A DNA stretch of 64,000 nucleotides from an uncultured Anaerolineales bacterium (GTDB lineage: Bacteria > Chloroflexota > Anaerolineae > Anaerolineales > UBA4823). The notes beneath the pieces were generated by a model. That model had not been told where the DNA came from. It was given only the letters and a program-made list of their open reading frames with translations, and ran no database searches. Below are positions 28,783 through 39,223 of this stretch, piece after piece; within the stretch, counting starts at the first letter, position 1; each line of letters opens with the position of its first letter. The stretch spans positions 38-64,037 of the forward strand of contig CALFWB010000066.1 of assembly GCA_937928795.1 (NCBI GenBank), in the 5' to 3' direction. The position numbers and the translations under genes are program-made.

Positions 28783-29220
28783 ATGATGCGCATTAATCGG
28801 CGTGTCGATTACGCGATCCGGGTCTTAATTGCCCTTGCTAAACAGCCAGCCGGTACGCGTCTTTCCACCCGCACAATTCAGAAGACGATGTGGATTCCAA
28901 GGGCTTTTCTTTCGCGGATCATTGCCGAATTATCCAAAGCAAAGATCATCGATACCTTCCCTGGCCCAAACGGAGGAGTGCAATTGCTTCGGGATCCAAG
29001 GGAGATCAATCTCCGCTTAATTTGGGAAGTGATGGATAAGCCCTTGGTTATTTCAGATTGTTTGGAAAACCCGGAGGAATGTCCTCTCAATTTAGGTTGT
29101 CCAGTGAATGCTTGTTGGGGTCGGATTCAAGCTTTGGTATTGAGAGAAATGGAAGTGACAACAATTGCGGAGTTAGCTCGCGAAGTGCGAGATGCGGAAC
29201 TGGTTGGGGTAGCTGTTTGA
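28783..29220 (+). CDS. Rrf2-family regulator with three Cys (probable Fe-S sensor)
   Basis: DYAIRVLIALA, GPNGG, CLENPEECPLNLGC. Confidence 0.9.
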   Translation: MMRINRRVDYAIRVLIALAKQPAGTRLSTRTIQKTMWIPRAFLSRIIAELSKAKIIDTFPGPNGGVQLLRDPREINLRLIWEVMDKPLVISDCLENPEECPLNLGCPVNACWGRIQALVLREMEVTTIAELAREVRDAELVGVAV

Positions 29221-29290
29221 GTATTTAGCGGTTTATAAGTTGCGGCAATAGACAAAAGAAGAATCTACTTAAGTGTTAAAGGAGGCATCT

Positions 29291-30688
29291 ATGGATTCTC
29301 TGCTTTTCGCGCGGGCACAATTTGCCATTACAACCGTGTACCACTTCTTTTTCGTGCCCCTCACCTTGGGTCTCTCGGTTCTGGTTGCTTTGATGGAGAC
29401 CATCTACGTTCGCACCGGACGTGTGATCTATAAAGATATGGCAAAATTTTGGGGGAAGTTATTTGTGATTAACTTCGCCATGGGAGTGGTGACGGGCATT
29501 GTTCAGGAATTTCAATTCGGGATGAACTGGTCGGAATATTCTCGCTTTGTAGGCGACATCTTTGGAGCGCCATTAGCCATTGAGGCGTTATTGGCTTTTT
29601 TCCTCGAGTCCACATTCTTGGGAATTTGGATTTTCGGTTGGGATAAACTCTCAAAGGGCCTTCACGCGCTCACCATGTGGATGGTTGCCATCGGCAGCAA
29701 TGTCTCTGCCTTATGGATTCTGATCGCCAACTCTTTCATGCAGGAACCGGTTGGTTATACCATCCGCAATGGACGAGCGGAGATGACTGATTTCTTTGCT
29801 TTGTTGCTTAATCCCAATGTCCAAGTGCAATTTCCTCATACCGTTCTAGCTGGTTTCACCACGGCCGCCTTTTTTGTGATGGGGATCAGCGCTTATCATT
29901 TGATGCGCAAACAGAATATTGAGTTTTTCCGCCGCTCCTTTCAAATGGCGGCCATTGTAGGCGCCTTTGCAATCATCATGGTCGGCTTAACCGGGCACAG
30001 CCAAGCCCAAGAGATGGTGCGGTCACAACCGATGAAGATGGCTGCTGCTGAAGCCTTGTGGTACACGGAAGACCCGGCGTCTTTTTCCATTTTGACAATC
30101 GGTGACCTAGCTCAGCGCCGTGATGTCTTTGCCATTCGCATTCCACGACTATTAAGTTTGTTAGCCTATAACCAGCTTTCTGGAGAAGTCAAAGGCATTC
30201 ACGATCTGCAAGCGGAATTTGAACAACAGTATGGGGAGGGCAATTACATCCCACCAGTGGCAGTTACTTATTGGACGTTTCGGATGATGGTCGGGTCCGG
30301 AATCCTGCTTGGCTGGTTTGGTTTATATGCCGTGTTTATCGTCATGGCCGATTTATATGATAACCGCCGCTGGGCGTGGAGGATCTTTCCATATACGATC
30401 GCTCTCCCTTACCTTGCTAATACCAGCGGTTGGTTGATGACCGAGCTGGGTCGGGCGCCTTGGGTGGTCTATGGAGTGATGAAAATCGAGGATGCCATTT
30501 CGCCAACCGTAAGTGGTGGGATGGCTCTCTTCACTCTTGTTGCTTTCACTTTGATCTACGCGTCTTTGATGGTTGCTACTATCTATTTGTTGAGAAAGTT
30601 TGCCATTGCCGGACCAAAGATTACTGAAGTAGAAGAGCCTAAAGCAGATGTTGGATTTGTCCCTGCAGCTCAACCGGCTCAAGATTAG
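29291..30688 (+). CDS. cydA: Cytochrome bd ubiquinol oxidase subunit I
   Basis: ARAQFAITTVYHFFFVP, EFQFGMNWS, QPMKMAAAE, TELGRAPW. Confidence 0.96.
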   Translation: MDSLLFARAQFAITTVYHFFFVPLTLGLSVLVALMETIYVRTGRVIYKDMAKFWGKLFVINFAMGVVTGIVQEFQFGMNWSEYSRFVGDIFGAPLAIEALLAFFLESTFLGIWIFGWDKLSKGLHALTMWMVAIGSNVSALWILIANSFMQEPVGYTIRNGRAEMTDFFALLLNPNVQVQFPHTVLAGFTTAAFFVMGISAYHLMRKQNIEFFRRSFQMAAIVGAFAIIMVGLTGHSQAQEMVRSQPMKMAAAEALWYTEDPASFSILTIGDLAQRRDVFAIRIPRLLSLLAYNQLSGEVKGIHDLQAEFEQQYGEGNYIPPVAVTYWTFRMMVGSGILLGWFGLYAVFIVMADLYDNRRWAWRIFPYTIALPYLANTSGWLMTELGRAPWVVYGVMKIEDAISPTVSGGMALFTLVAFTLIYASLMVATIYLLRKFAIAGPKITEVEEPKADVGFVPAAQPAQD

Positions 30689-30703
30689 GGATAGGAGGCG
30701 GAA

Positions 30704-31738
30704 ATGGATCTCAATACTGTTTGGTTTATCTTGATTGCCGTTCTATATATTGGCTTCTTTGTCTTGGAAGGGTTTGATTTTGGAGTGGGGATGCTATTGC
30801 CTTTCCTCTCGAAGCATTCCGACCCCCAAGAGCAAGATCGCTTACGGCGCACCATGATCAACAACATTGGCCCGCACTGGGACGCCAACGAGGTGTGGTT
30901 GTTAACCGCCGGTGGAGCAACCTTTGCCGCTTTTCCACACTGGTACGCTACCCTGTTCAGCGGCTTTTACTTGGCACTGTTTCTCTTATTGGCAGCCCTC
31001 ATTGTGCGGGGGGTGGCCTTTGAGTTCCGCAGCAAAGATGATAATCCCCGATGGCGAAGGTTATGGGACACTTGCATCTTTCTTGGAAGTGCTGTACCCG
31101 CTCTGTTATTAGGGGTAGCATTTGCAAATCTCGTGCGTGGCGTGCCGATCGATGCTGAGATGCACTATGTCGGTACATTCTTTGACCTCTTAAATCCTTA
31201 CTCGATCATGGCTGGGTTGGATACCGTGCTCACCTTTGCCCTTTACGGAGCGATCTTTTTGTCGTTGAAAACGAAGGGCGAGGTGATGGAGCGAGCGGAG
31301 AGCGCTGCGCAAAGGTTATGGTTGCCAACGCTGGTGGTAACGGTATTGGTGCTGATTATGACCTACTTTTACACCGATATCCTGACCAAGTTGGGAGTCA
31401 ACCCCGGCTTTATTCCCATTGCCGGAGCAGCCGCCTTTTTGCTCAGCTTTTATTTCATCCGTCGCAGGCAAATGGGTTGGGCATTCATCTTGGTTGCGGT
31501 CTCGATCGCGTTTGCTTTCCTTTCGGAGTTCATGATCCTGTTCCCGCGGGTGATGGTCTCGAGCTTGAACCCAGCCTGGAGCCTCACGATCTATAATGCC
31601 GCTTCTAGCCCCTATACGTTGCGGGTGATGACCATTATTGCCGTTATCTTTTTGCCGATTGTCCTAGCTTATCAAGCATGGAGCTACTGGGTGTTTCGCA
31701 AACGGATTAGCGGACTCCCTGAAGAACTAACTTATTAG
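30704..31738 (+). CDS. cydB: Cytochrome bd ubiquinol oxidase subunit II
   Basis: LEGFDFGVG, IGPHWDANEVWL, RGVAFEFR. Confidence 0.96.
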   Translation: MDLNTVWFILIAVLYIGFFVLEGFDFGVGMLLPFLSKHSDPQEQDRLRRTMINNIGPHWDANEVWLLTAGGATFAAFPHWYATLFSGFYLALFLLLAALIVRGVAFEFRSKDDNPRWRRLWDTCIFLGSAVPALLLGVAFANLVRGVPIDAEMHYVGTFFDLLNPYSIMAGLDTVLTFALYGAIFLSLKTKGEVMERAESAAQRLWLPTLVVTVLVLIMTYFYTDILTKLGVNPGFIPIAGAAAFLLSFYFIRRRQMGWAFILVAVSIAFAFLSEFMILFPRVMVSSLNPAWSLTIYNAASSPYTLRVMTIIAVIFLPIVLAYQAWSYWVFRKRISGLPEELTY

Positions 31739-31739
31739 C

Positions 31740-34700
31740 ATGTTGTTTGAGCGACGCCTCCTGCAGCAGGGCAAATTTGGCAAACAGATGCTGCTCATTG
31801 CTGGTTTGTGTGCCTTTGCAGGAGGCTTCTTAGCTTTCTTTCAAGCTCAATTCTTTAGTCAGATTATTCAGAGTATTTTTTTGCAAAATCAGCCTGTCGA
31901 AGCCGTCGGTAGGCTTTTTGGGGGGCTGGCTGTTCTTCTGGTTACCCGAGCCATCGTGTTAGGCGGACAAGAGTTGGCTGCCTTTCGAGCGGCCTTCCAG
32001 ATCAAACAAGCCCTTCGCGAACGTCTGATTGGTCATCTGAGCAGCTTAGATCATCTCGATCGCGATGCTGAGTCGAGCGGGGAGGTGAGTCAGGTTCTCA
32101 TCGATGGGGTGGAGGCGCTCGAACCCTACTTTGCCCAGTATATCCCCCAAGTGTTTGTGGCTTTTTCTGTGCCGCCGCTTCTCTGTCTTGCTGTCTTTTT
32201 GATTGATCCGTTGAGTGGGGTCATCTTCCTAGTCACAGCACCGCTCATTCCGCTTTTTATGCGTTTGATTGGGGACGTGGCAGAGCGTCAGACTCAACGG
32301 CAGTGGCGGCGGCTGAGCCAATTGAGCGCGTTTCTGTTCGACGCCCTGCAGGGATTACCCACCATTAAGCGCGTTGGCAAGAGTGAAGAGATGGCTGGTC
32401 TGCTAGCTGAGAAGGGAGATGAGTATCGTCAGGCTACTCTTGAAACCTTGCGGACGACGTTTTTATCGGCGCTGGTAATGGAAATGTTGTCTACGCTTTC
32501 CACAGCGGTGGTTGCAGTACAAGTTGGTTTGCGCTTGTTGTATGGTTGGATCCCTTTTGAGCAGGCGCTATTTGTACTGGTCATTGCGCCCGAGTTTTAC
32601 CTGCCTTTGCGCCTGTTGGGACAACGCTTCCACGCCGGCATGAGTGGCGTCACCGCTTGGAAACGCATCTGCGAGCTGCTGGAGTTGCCTGTCGGAAATG
32701 CGAAAGAAGTTGGGCTTCTAGACAAACAAGAGATAACCGAGCGATTTGAGTCTGAGAATATACGTGAAATAGTCTTGGATGAGGTTTCGTTTGCTTACCC
32801 TGGCCGAGATGGCGGACTGAAAAACGTTCAAGCCAAATTAAGCGCTGGTCAAATTACGATCTTGGTCGGAGAAAGCGGTTCAGGAAAGACAACCCTGCTG
32901 AATTTATTGCTGCGTCTTCTTCGCCCCTCTGAGGGGCAAATTTGGGTTGATGGCAAATCACTGGAAAGAATCCCGTTGTCGGATTGGTGGTCAAAAATCG
33001 GTTATGCGCCCCAATTCCCTTTTCTTTTTCAGGGGACGGTGCGAGAGAATATTGCCTTTGCTAAACCCGATGCCAGCCTGATGGAAATCCGTCGAGCAGC
33101 AGAGATGGCTTATGCCGATGAGTTTATCGCTCGTCTTCCCGACGGTTATGAGACCAAGCTAGGTGAAAATGGTTACGGGTTGAGCGCGGGTGAAAAACAA
33201 CGCATCGTGTTGGCGCGGGCTTACCTGAAGAATGCTCCTCTGTTGCTTTTGGATGAAAGCACGGCAAACGTCGATCCGCAGAGTTTGGGGAAGATCTTGC
33301 GCAGCTTACAGGAGCACGCAAAGGGCAGAATGACTCTGATTGTCAGTCACCAACCTCAAGTGTGGGAAATCGGGCAGCGGTTTTGGGTTTTGCAAGATGG
33401 CACAATTCAGGAGCTGGATCGCCAAACTTTTGGGCAAATGTGCAAGTCAGAGAATCGCTTCCAAGAGATTAGCGCGGTTCGGGAGTCTGATCAAAAGCGG
33501 TTTGAGGCGCTTTCTAAAAAGGAGCACAAGGTTTTACCTGAATTATCTACCGCTCGTAAAGTGGTGGGACTAACATCCTCACCAAATCCTTTCAATCAGA
33601 AGAAAGGGGTATGGCAACCTTGGCTCGTTCAAATTTGGTCGCTGCGGACTTGGGTGATCCTTGCGGTTCTGCTCGGCTGGGCGGCAATTTTTAGCAACGT
33701 TGGGCTGATGAGCACTTCCGCTTACATTATATCCTTGGCGGCATTACAACCCTCAATTGCCTTACTGCAGACTGCCATTGTCGGAGTGCGCTTTTTTGGC
33801 ATTAGTCGTGGGGTTTTCCGTTACTTGGAGCGACTTGCTTCACATCGGGTGACGTTGGACCTCCTATCGAAGATGCGGGTTTGGTTTTATCGTGCCTTGG
33901 AGCCCCAAGTGCCACAACTGTTCGGACGTTATGGCAGCGGAGAACTGCTCAGTCGTTTGATGGGCGACATTGCTTCTTTAGAACCTTTCTACGTGAGGGC
34001 AATTGCGCCGTTCTTGGTGGCGATCTTGATCGGGGTGGGAATGGTGGTTTGGCTACTGACTTACCATCCTTCCTTAGGCCTGGGTGCTTTAGGTTGTTAC
34101 CTTCTTGCTGCTTTGCTTGTGCTGCCACTTTTTTATCTTCTGACCGTTCGTTTAGCTTCGCAGAATAATGCCTTGCGCGGTCAATTCAATGAGCGGTTCA
34201 TTGTCTTTGTACAAGGGCTGAGTGACTTAAGAGTGAACCAACGTCTGGAGCAATTTCAAGGACGCCTCTATGCAAGCGCAAAAGTGTATGGAGAGGGGAT
34301 GCAAAAATTCAACGCCCTGATGAGCCTACAGGGGACAGGGATGACTTTATTGGCTTATCTGGGGATGTGGATGACCTTATGGATGGCGAGTTCGCTTGTG
34401 CATAAGGGGTTGTTAAGCGGCTTGGTATTGGCGGGGTTGAGTTTGGGGGTGTTGGTTAGCTTTGAAGCCTTTCTGCTCTTACCGCAGGCAGTTCAGCATT
34501 TTGTGAGCGGAAGAGAGGCCTTATCCCGCTTAACTGAGTTGACCTCAAGTAAGGCAAGTGTTTTCCCTCACTCAAGAGGTTTTCTTTCTCGGATTAGCCG
34601 TTTGGAAATCAAGGCGACAGAAGTAGGTTTTTCATATCGGGCTTTGGGGCAGGCTGGTGCGGAAGAGAGCAGAGCAGCTCTGCAAGGGATCAGCTTTACC

Positions 34701-35351
34701 CTTTGCGAGGGACAGAGGTTAGGGATTGTCGGGCGAAGTGGAAGTGGGAAAACAACCTTGATCCACTTGCTTTTGGGGATGTTTGATCCCCAGCAGGGTG
34801 ATATTTATTTAGACGGCAAAGATTTGCGTTTATATGACTCGAGATGGTGGCGGTCGGCGGTTGCCTCCTGCAGTCAAGATGATGTTCTGTTTCAAACCAC
34901 CCTGCGCCAAAATTTGCTCTTTCTCAACGCCAAAGCTTCCGAAGAAAAGCTTTGGCAAGCCTTAGAAGCTACCCAACTGACGGATTTCGTCCGTCAACTG
35001 CCGCAGGGTTTAGAGACGAACTTGGGTGAGCAGGGAAAACAACTAAGTGGAGGGGAACGCCAGCGATTGTTATTAGCGCGAACCCTGCTCAGAGATGCGC
35101 CGCTTTATATTTTCGATGAGCCCACCGCGAATTTAGACCTTGCTACTGCTAAGGAAGTGATTCGGGCACTTTTTGAGTGGACGAAGGAGAAAGCGTTGAT
35201 TTTGGTGAGTCATCAGGCGATCGGTTTCGAGCAGATGGACGAAATTTTGGTTTTGGAAGCTGGCGAGGTCGTCCAGCGTGGCACACATGAGCAGTTACTT
35301 CAATCGGATGGATATTATGGGCAATTATGGCGCAGCAGTAGGGTGAGATAG
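31740..35351 (+). CDS. cydDC: Fused CydD-CydC ABC exporter (TMD-NBD-TMD-NBD)
   Basis: APEFYLPLRLLGQRFHA (CydD-like) and GVRFFGISRGVFRYLERLASH (CydC-like). Two Walker A and signature sets in one 1203-aa ORF. Confidence 0.9.
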   Translation: MLFERRLLQQGKFGKQMLLIAGLCAFAGGFLAFFQAQFFSQIIQSIFLQNQPVEAVGRLFGGLAVLLVTRAIVLGGQELAAFRAAFQIKQALRERLIGHLSSLDHLDRDAESSGEVSQVLIDGVEALEPYFAQYIPQVFVAFSVPPLLCLAVFLIDPLSGVIFLVTAPLIPLFMRLIGDVAERQTQRQWRRLSQLSAFLFDALQGLPTIKRVGKSEEMAGLLAEKGDEYRQATLETLRTTFLSALVMEMLSTLSTAVVAVQVGLRLLYGWIPFEQALFVLVIAPEFYLPLRLLGQRFHAGMSGVTAWKRICELLELPVGNAKEVGLLDKQEITERFESENIREIVLDEVSFAYPGRDGGLKNVQAKLSAGQITILVGESGSGKTTLLNLLLRLLRPSEGQIWVDGKSLERIPLSDWWSKIGYAPQFPFLFQGTVRENIAFAKPDASLMEIRRAAEMAYADEFIARLPDGYETKLGENGYGLSAGEKQRIVLARAYLKNAPLLLLDESTANVDPQSLGKILRSLQEHAKGRMTLIVSHQPQVWEIGQRFWVLQDGTIQELDRQTFGQMCKSENRFQEISAVRESDQKRFEALSKKEHKVLPELSTARKVVGLTSSPNPFNQKKGVWQPWLVQIWSLRTWVILAVLLGWAAIFSNVGLMSTSAYIISLAALQPSIALLQTAIVGVRFFGISRGVFRYLERLASHRVTLDLLSKMRVWFYRALEPQVPQLFGRYGSGELLSRLMGDIASLEPFYVRAIAPFLVAILIGVGMVVWLLTYHPSLGLGALGCYLLAALLVLPLFYLLTVRLASQNNALRGQFNERFIVFVQGLSDLRVNQRLEQFQGRLYASAKVYGEGMQKFNALMSLQGTGMTLLAYLGMWMTLWMASSLVHKGLLSGLVLAGLSLGVLVSFEAFLLLPQAVQHFVSGREALSRLTELTSSKASVFPHSRGFLSRISRLEIKATEVGFSYRALGQAGAEESRAALQGISFTLCEGQRLGIVGRSGSGKTTLIHLLLGMFDPQQGDIYLDGKDLRLYDSRWWRSAVASCSQDDVLFQTTLRQNLLFLNAKASEEKLWQALEATQLTDFVRQLPQGLETNLGEQGKQLSGGERQRLLLARTLLRDAPLYIFDEPTANLDLATAKEVIRALFEWTKEKALILVSHQAIGFEQMDEILVLEAGEVVQRGTHEQLLQSDGYYGQLWRSSRVR

Positions 35352-35354
35352 AAA

Positions 35355-35390
35355 AGGTCATCAAGTCCTCGGGTTAAGACTTGATGACCT
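35355..35390. terminator. Hairpin terminator between convergent operons
   Basis: AGGTCATCAAGTC…GACTTGATGACCT, a perfect 13-bp stem. Confidence 0.8.
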
Positions 35391-35402
35391 AAGAGAGGGG
35401 AC

Positions 35403-36236
35403 TTAATCTCCAACAGGCTGAAAAGCTGGAAGTGGGAAGGGTAGGGGTTGCAGGTGCGGCACGCTGGTTTCTTTGGGTTTTGGATGAGGTTGGGGTTGTA
35501 CAGGGCTTTGTTGTTGTCCGATAGCTGCTAGCGCTTCGATCTCGGAGCGGGCTTCGATCACTCGGGCAACTTTACCGTCTAACATTTGAATAACCCGGTC
35601 GGCAAATTGCACCATCCGCAGATCGTGGGTGACCATAATGGCGGCGCGTTCTTCCTCGTGAATGAGCTCAGCAAGAATTTGCACGACCTGAAACGCTCGC
35701 TCGGAATCTAGGGCGGCAGTCGGTTCATCGGCGAGGACAATAGCTGGATCGTGAACCAGGGCACGAGCAATGGCAACTCTTTGTTGTTGACCACCCGAGA
35801 GTTGCGAGGGCAGATTGTTCAAGCGATCCTCCAATCCAAGCCGAATGAGTAATCGTTTGGCTAGGTCGGCCGTCTGGCGATTATAGCGCTTGTTCATGCG
35901 CAGCATCAATTCAACATTTTCTAGAGCAGTTAAAAACGGGACGAGATTATTGGCTTGAAAGGTAAAGCCAACTTTTTCACGGCGGAAACGGGTGCGCTCG
36001 ACATCGCTCATTTTGACGATGTCTTTGCCATCAATGATAATCTCCCCCTTGGTGGGTCGGAGTAAGCCTGCAATCAAGGCTAACAGGGTGGTTTTCCCGG
36101 AGCCGGAGGGTCCTACCATGGCGACAAATTCGCCCTTGCGCAAGGTGATCGAGGCATTCTCTACAGCGGTAACGGATAGGTTACCGCTTTGGTAAATTTT
36201 ATAAACTGAGTTTGTTTCTAAAATGGTGTTCATCAT
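35403..36236 (-). CDS. ABC ATP-binding protein (HrtA/DevA-like)
   Basis: GPSGSGKT, LSGGQQQR, ADEPTAALD. Confidence 0.92.
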   Translation of the reverse strand: MMNTILETNSVYKIYQSGNLSVTAVENASITLRKGEFVAMVGPSGSGKTTLLALIAGLLRPTKGEIIIDGKDIVKMSDVERTRFRREKVGFTFQANNLVPFLTALENVELMLRMNKRYNRQTADLAKRLLIRLGLEDRLNNLPSQLSGGQQQRVAIARALVHDPAIVLADEPTAALDSERAFQVVQILAELIHEEERAAIMVTHDLRMVQFADRVIQMLDGKVARVIEARSEIEALAAIGQQQSPVQPQPHPKPKETSVPHLQPLPFPLPAFQPVGD

Positions 36237-36262
36237 TTCTCCTCGTTGATTCGGCGTTCAAA

Positions 36263-37411
36263 TTACATACCTAGCGCAGCCAGGGGTTCAACTTTTAGCG
36301 CTAGACGGACAGAAACCATGCCGCCAATTGGTCCAATCAGCAGGAGGGTGCTGATGGCAATTAGAGCGGTTGTTCCACTCAATAATATAGGAATGCCGGC
36401 CGGCAAAAAGAGAGTCAATAAAAAGGTTAGCATGGAGCCAATGGCAACTCCTAAGATGGTTACCAAAACGATTTGAAGGACAACCGCAACGGCAATGCTA
36501 TGATTGGAAGTGCCAATGGCTTTTAGGACGCCAATTTGGGGGACTTTCTGCAGGGTTTGAATCTGGAAAAAGCCGCCGATAACCAGAATACCGATCAACA
36601 GAGTAAAACCGCGTTGGGTGTTCAAGGTGCCTTGTTGGGCTTGGTAACCCGGCGAGGCTTCGTAGGCGGTTTTTCGATCGACCACTTCTACATTGGAAAC
36701 GCGACTCTCAATGCGCGCCGCAACGATCTCTGGGGATACACTTGGCTCAATGCGTACCGCAACCACGTTGGCAATAACTGCAGTAGGTTGACCGTTGAGG
36801 TTTGGTTGAGGCTTGATCGAGTCCCAAGTGTTGAAGGGCACAAAAATAGAGGGGGCATAGAAGAATTGGCGGCCGTCGGTAATGCCAACTACTTCGAGGG
36901 TGTGAAATTTTTCATCGCTGCCGACAATCGTCTTGATTTTGATGCGGTCGCCGACCTTGATGCCGGTTCGCTTGGCGACATTGCCATCGATCATGGTCTG
37001 ATAACCACGTGGGGAACGCAATCCAGTGCCTTCAAGAGCCGGAGGCATGCCGGGTTTGCCTGGTTCCACACCGATTAGAGAAACATCCAGTAGGGGAGTT
37101 TTATCATCAAGGACAATGGTTGCCGTCGCAAAACCGAGCGGCCCGATTTCGGCAACTCCTTCAATGCGGCGGATGTCGTTGAATTTATCGCGTGGAATGC
37201 GACTGGCTGCAGTGGAGAGATCGACATTCTTTTGAAAGACAATCAATTCTGCATCGAGTTTCTCAAGATATTCCTTGTTGGCTTCAGCAAGCCCTTGAGC
37301 AAGGGCAGCGATAAACAGCACCAAAACCGTAATGAGAGCGATTACCAAGCTAAACAGTAAGAAGCGCCCTCGATTGCGTAAGATTTCTTTGACTGCTAGA
37401 TACCACGCCAT
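36263..37411 (-). CDS. ABC permease (HrtB/DevC-like, MacB-FtsX)
   Basis: LAVKEILRNRGRF and QKVPQIGVLKAIG; 1+3 TM topology. Confidence 0.88.
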   Translation of the reverse strand: MAWYLAVKEILRNRGRFLLFSLVIALITVLVLFIAALAQGLAEANKEYLEKLDAELIVFQKNVDLSTAASRIPRDKFNDIRRIEGVAEIGPLGFATATIVLDDKTPLLDVSLIGVEPGKPGMPPALEGTGLRSPRGYQTMIDGNVAKRTGIKVGDRIKIKTIVGSDEKFHTLEVVGITDGRQFFYAPSIFVPFNTWDSIKPQPNLNGQPTAVIANVVAVRIEPSVSPEIVAARIESRVSNVEVVDRKTAYEASPGYQAQQGTLNTQRGFTLLIGILVIGGFFQIQTLQKVPQIGVLKAIGTSNHSIAVAVVLQIVLVTILGVAIGSMLTFLLTLFLPAGIPILLSGTTALIAISTLLLIGPIGGMVSVRLALKVEPLAALGM

Positions 37412-37541
37412 GTTTCTCTACACTCCTTCTTCTCAAAAATGCTCTCCCGCAGGCACCACCCAATTCGTTCAACGCACTGTACCGATAAGCTACCCATTTT
37501 TGTACCCAAGTCTACCGCCTACGGGAGAGCTACTGAAAAGT

Positions 37542-37569
37542 ATTGTACCATATGTATATGTTTTGTCAA
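37542..37569 (-). promoter_or_regulatory. Sigma-70 promoter of the ABC operon
   Basis: Minus strand TTGACA-16-TACAAT with a TG extension; spacer contains CATATACATATG. Confidence 0.7.
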
Positions 37570-37764
37570 GTTAATATCCATTAATTGTATGGATTTTCGA
37601 CAGGTTGCTATTAGCTTCACCTCGAGGTAACAAAACAAAAAGGGTGGAGAACTCCGCTCTTGCGGCGGGAAAGGGTATCTGGAGGAAAAAGCCTTTCGAG
37701 CAGGCTAAATCCAGTAGAAGGGGACCAGGAGATTAGAAGATTGAAAAGCCCAAGCCTAATGAGT

Positions 37765-37842
37765 GTATCCACGCAAAAGTTGTAGGACAACTCATTGAGT
37801 TGTCCTTCAAAGCAATGTTGCCAACAACTTTTGAGTGCACAC
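37765..37842. mobile_element. MITE family A, 78 bp, inverted relative to the copy at 20886
   Basis: Matches the reverse complement of 20886-20963 with about three substitutions. Confidence 0.85.
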
Positions 37843-37963
37843 TAATCAGTGCTTCAGTTTGCGACCAAACCAGAAGGGTTTATAATTCCCTCTGCCTTCT
37901 CAATCTTGAAGTCCGAATCGATTAACATTCTTTTCCTTGCTTGACAGCTTGAAGGATGAAAAA

Positions 37964-39223
37964 ATGGATTTTCTGCGCATCCAAAATCACATCGAAACAA
38001 CTTTAGCCAATCGCTTGCCTCACTATTTGGACCTTCTGCGCCAAATGGTTGAGATCAACAGCTTTACTGCCAATGGACAAGGAGTCGATCGGTTAGGAAA
38101 ACTGACGGCTGAAATTTTTGAACAACGCGGTTTTCGGTCCGAGTTTATCCCTTCAGAGCGAGCTGGTTTTGGGCATCATCTGTTTCTTTATCGTGATGCG
38201 TCATCCGGCGAATCGGCAGTACAGAGACCTGCTTTGGCGTTGATCTCTCATTTAGATACAGTCTATTCACCTGAAGAGCAAGAAAAACACCAATTCTATT
38301 GGCGTTTAGAAGGGCGGCGGGCTTATGGGCCTGGTTGTGTGGACATCAAGGGTGGAACTGTGATGATCCTAATGGTTTTAGACGCTCTGCGAGAAGCCTT
38401 TCCGCAGGATTTTGAGAACGCCCAATGGATTGTGGCGCTCAATGCCAGCGAAGAAGTCCTTTCCGCTGATTTCAGCGGTTTCTGCCTCCAGCGGTTTCCG
38501 CAGCATACGCGGGCTTGTTTAGTCTTTGAGGCAGGGAACATACAAGATAAGACCTTCAAGCTGGTTGTAGCGCGCAAAGGTCGCGCTTATTTTCATGTAG
38601 ATGTCGAAGGACGTTCTGCCCATTCGGGGAACAACCATGGGGGAGGGGCAAACGCAATTGTTCAGTTGGCTCATACTACCCTCCGACTGGCTTCTATGAC
38701 CGACTATGGACGTCATTTGACGGTGAACGTCGGGGTTGTGCGCGGCGGGACGGTAGTCAATCGAGTGCCCCACTTCGCCCATGCTGAAGTCGAAATGAGG
38801 GCTTTCTCGCCAACGGTCTTCGCTGAAGCCATCCAGCAGATTCTTAGTCTGCAAAAAGAACCGCAGGTTTACAGTCAGGACGGCTTCGCTTGTAAGGTGA
38901 ACGTGCGATTGGTGGAGCAATCCTCTCCCTGGCCAGAAAACGAATCGACCCAGCAACTATTTTCCGTTTGGCATGAGGTAGCTGAACGGCTAGGGATGAA
39001 ACTTGAGGGTGAAAAGCGAGGAGGACTGAGCGATGGCAATTATTTCTGGGAGCATTTCCCAACGTTGGATGGCTTAGGTCCGGCGGGAAACAACGCCCAT
39101 TGTTCCGAAAGAGACCCTGCCTCCGGCAAAGAACAAGAATATGTGTCATTGCCGTCCTTTGTCCCAAAGGCTTTGCTCAATACGTTGGCGATCCATAAAA
39201 TTTTGAAGGAAGGGCCATCATGA
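37964..39223 (+). CDS. M20 metallopeptidase (glutamate carboxypeptidase-like)
   Basis: SHLDTV, GPGCVDIKGG, SEE, GRSAHSG, GGLSDGN. Confidence 0.88.
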   Translation: MDFLRIQNHIETTLANRLPHYLDLLRQMVEINSFTANGQGVDRLGKLTAEIFEQRGFRSEFIPSERAGFGHHLFLYRDASSGESAVQRPALALISHLDTVYSPEEQEKHQFYWRLEGRRAYGPGCVDIKGGTVMILMVLDALREAFPQDFENAQWIVALNASEEVLSADFSGFCLQRFPQHTRACLVFEAGNIQDKTFKLVVARKGRAYFHVDVEGRSAHSGNNHGGGANAIVQLAHTTLRLASMTDYGRHLTVNVGVVRGGTVVNRVPHFAHAEVEMRAFSPTVFAEAIQQILSLQKEPQVYSQDGFACKVNVRLVEQSSPWPENESTQQLFSVWHEVAERLGMKLEGEKRGGLSDGNYFWEHFPTLDGLGPAGNNAHCSERDPASGKEQEYVSLPSFVPKALLNTLAIHKILKEGPS

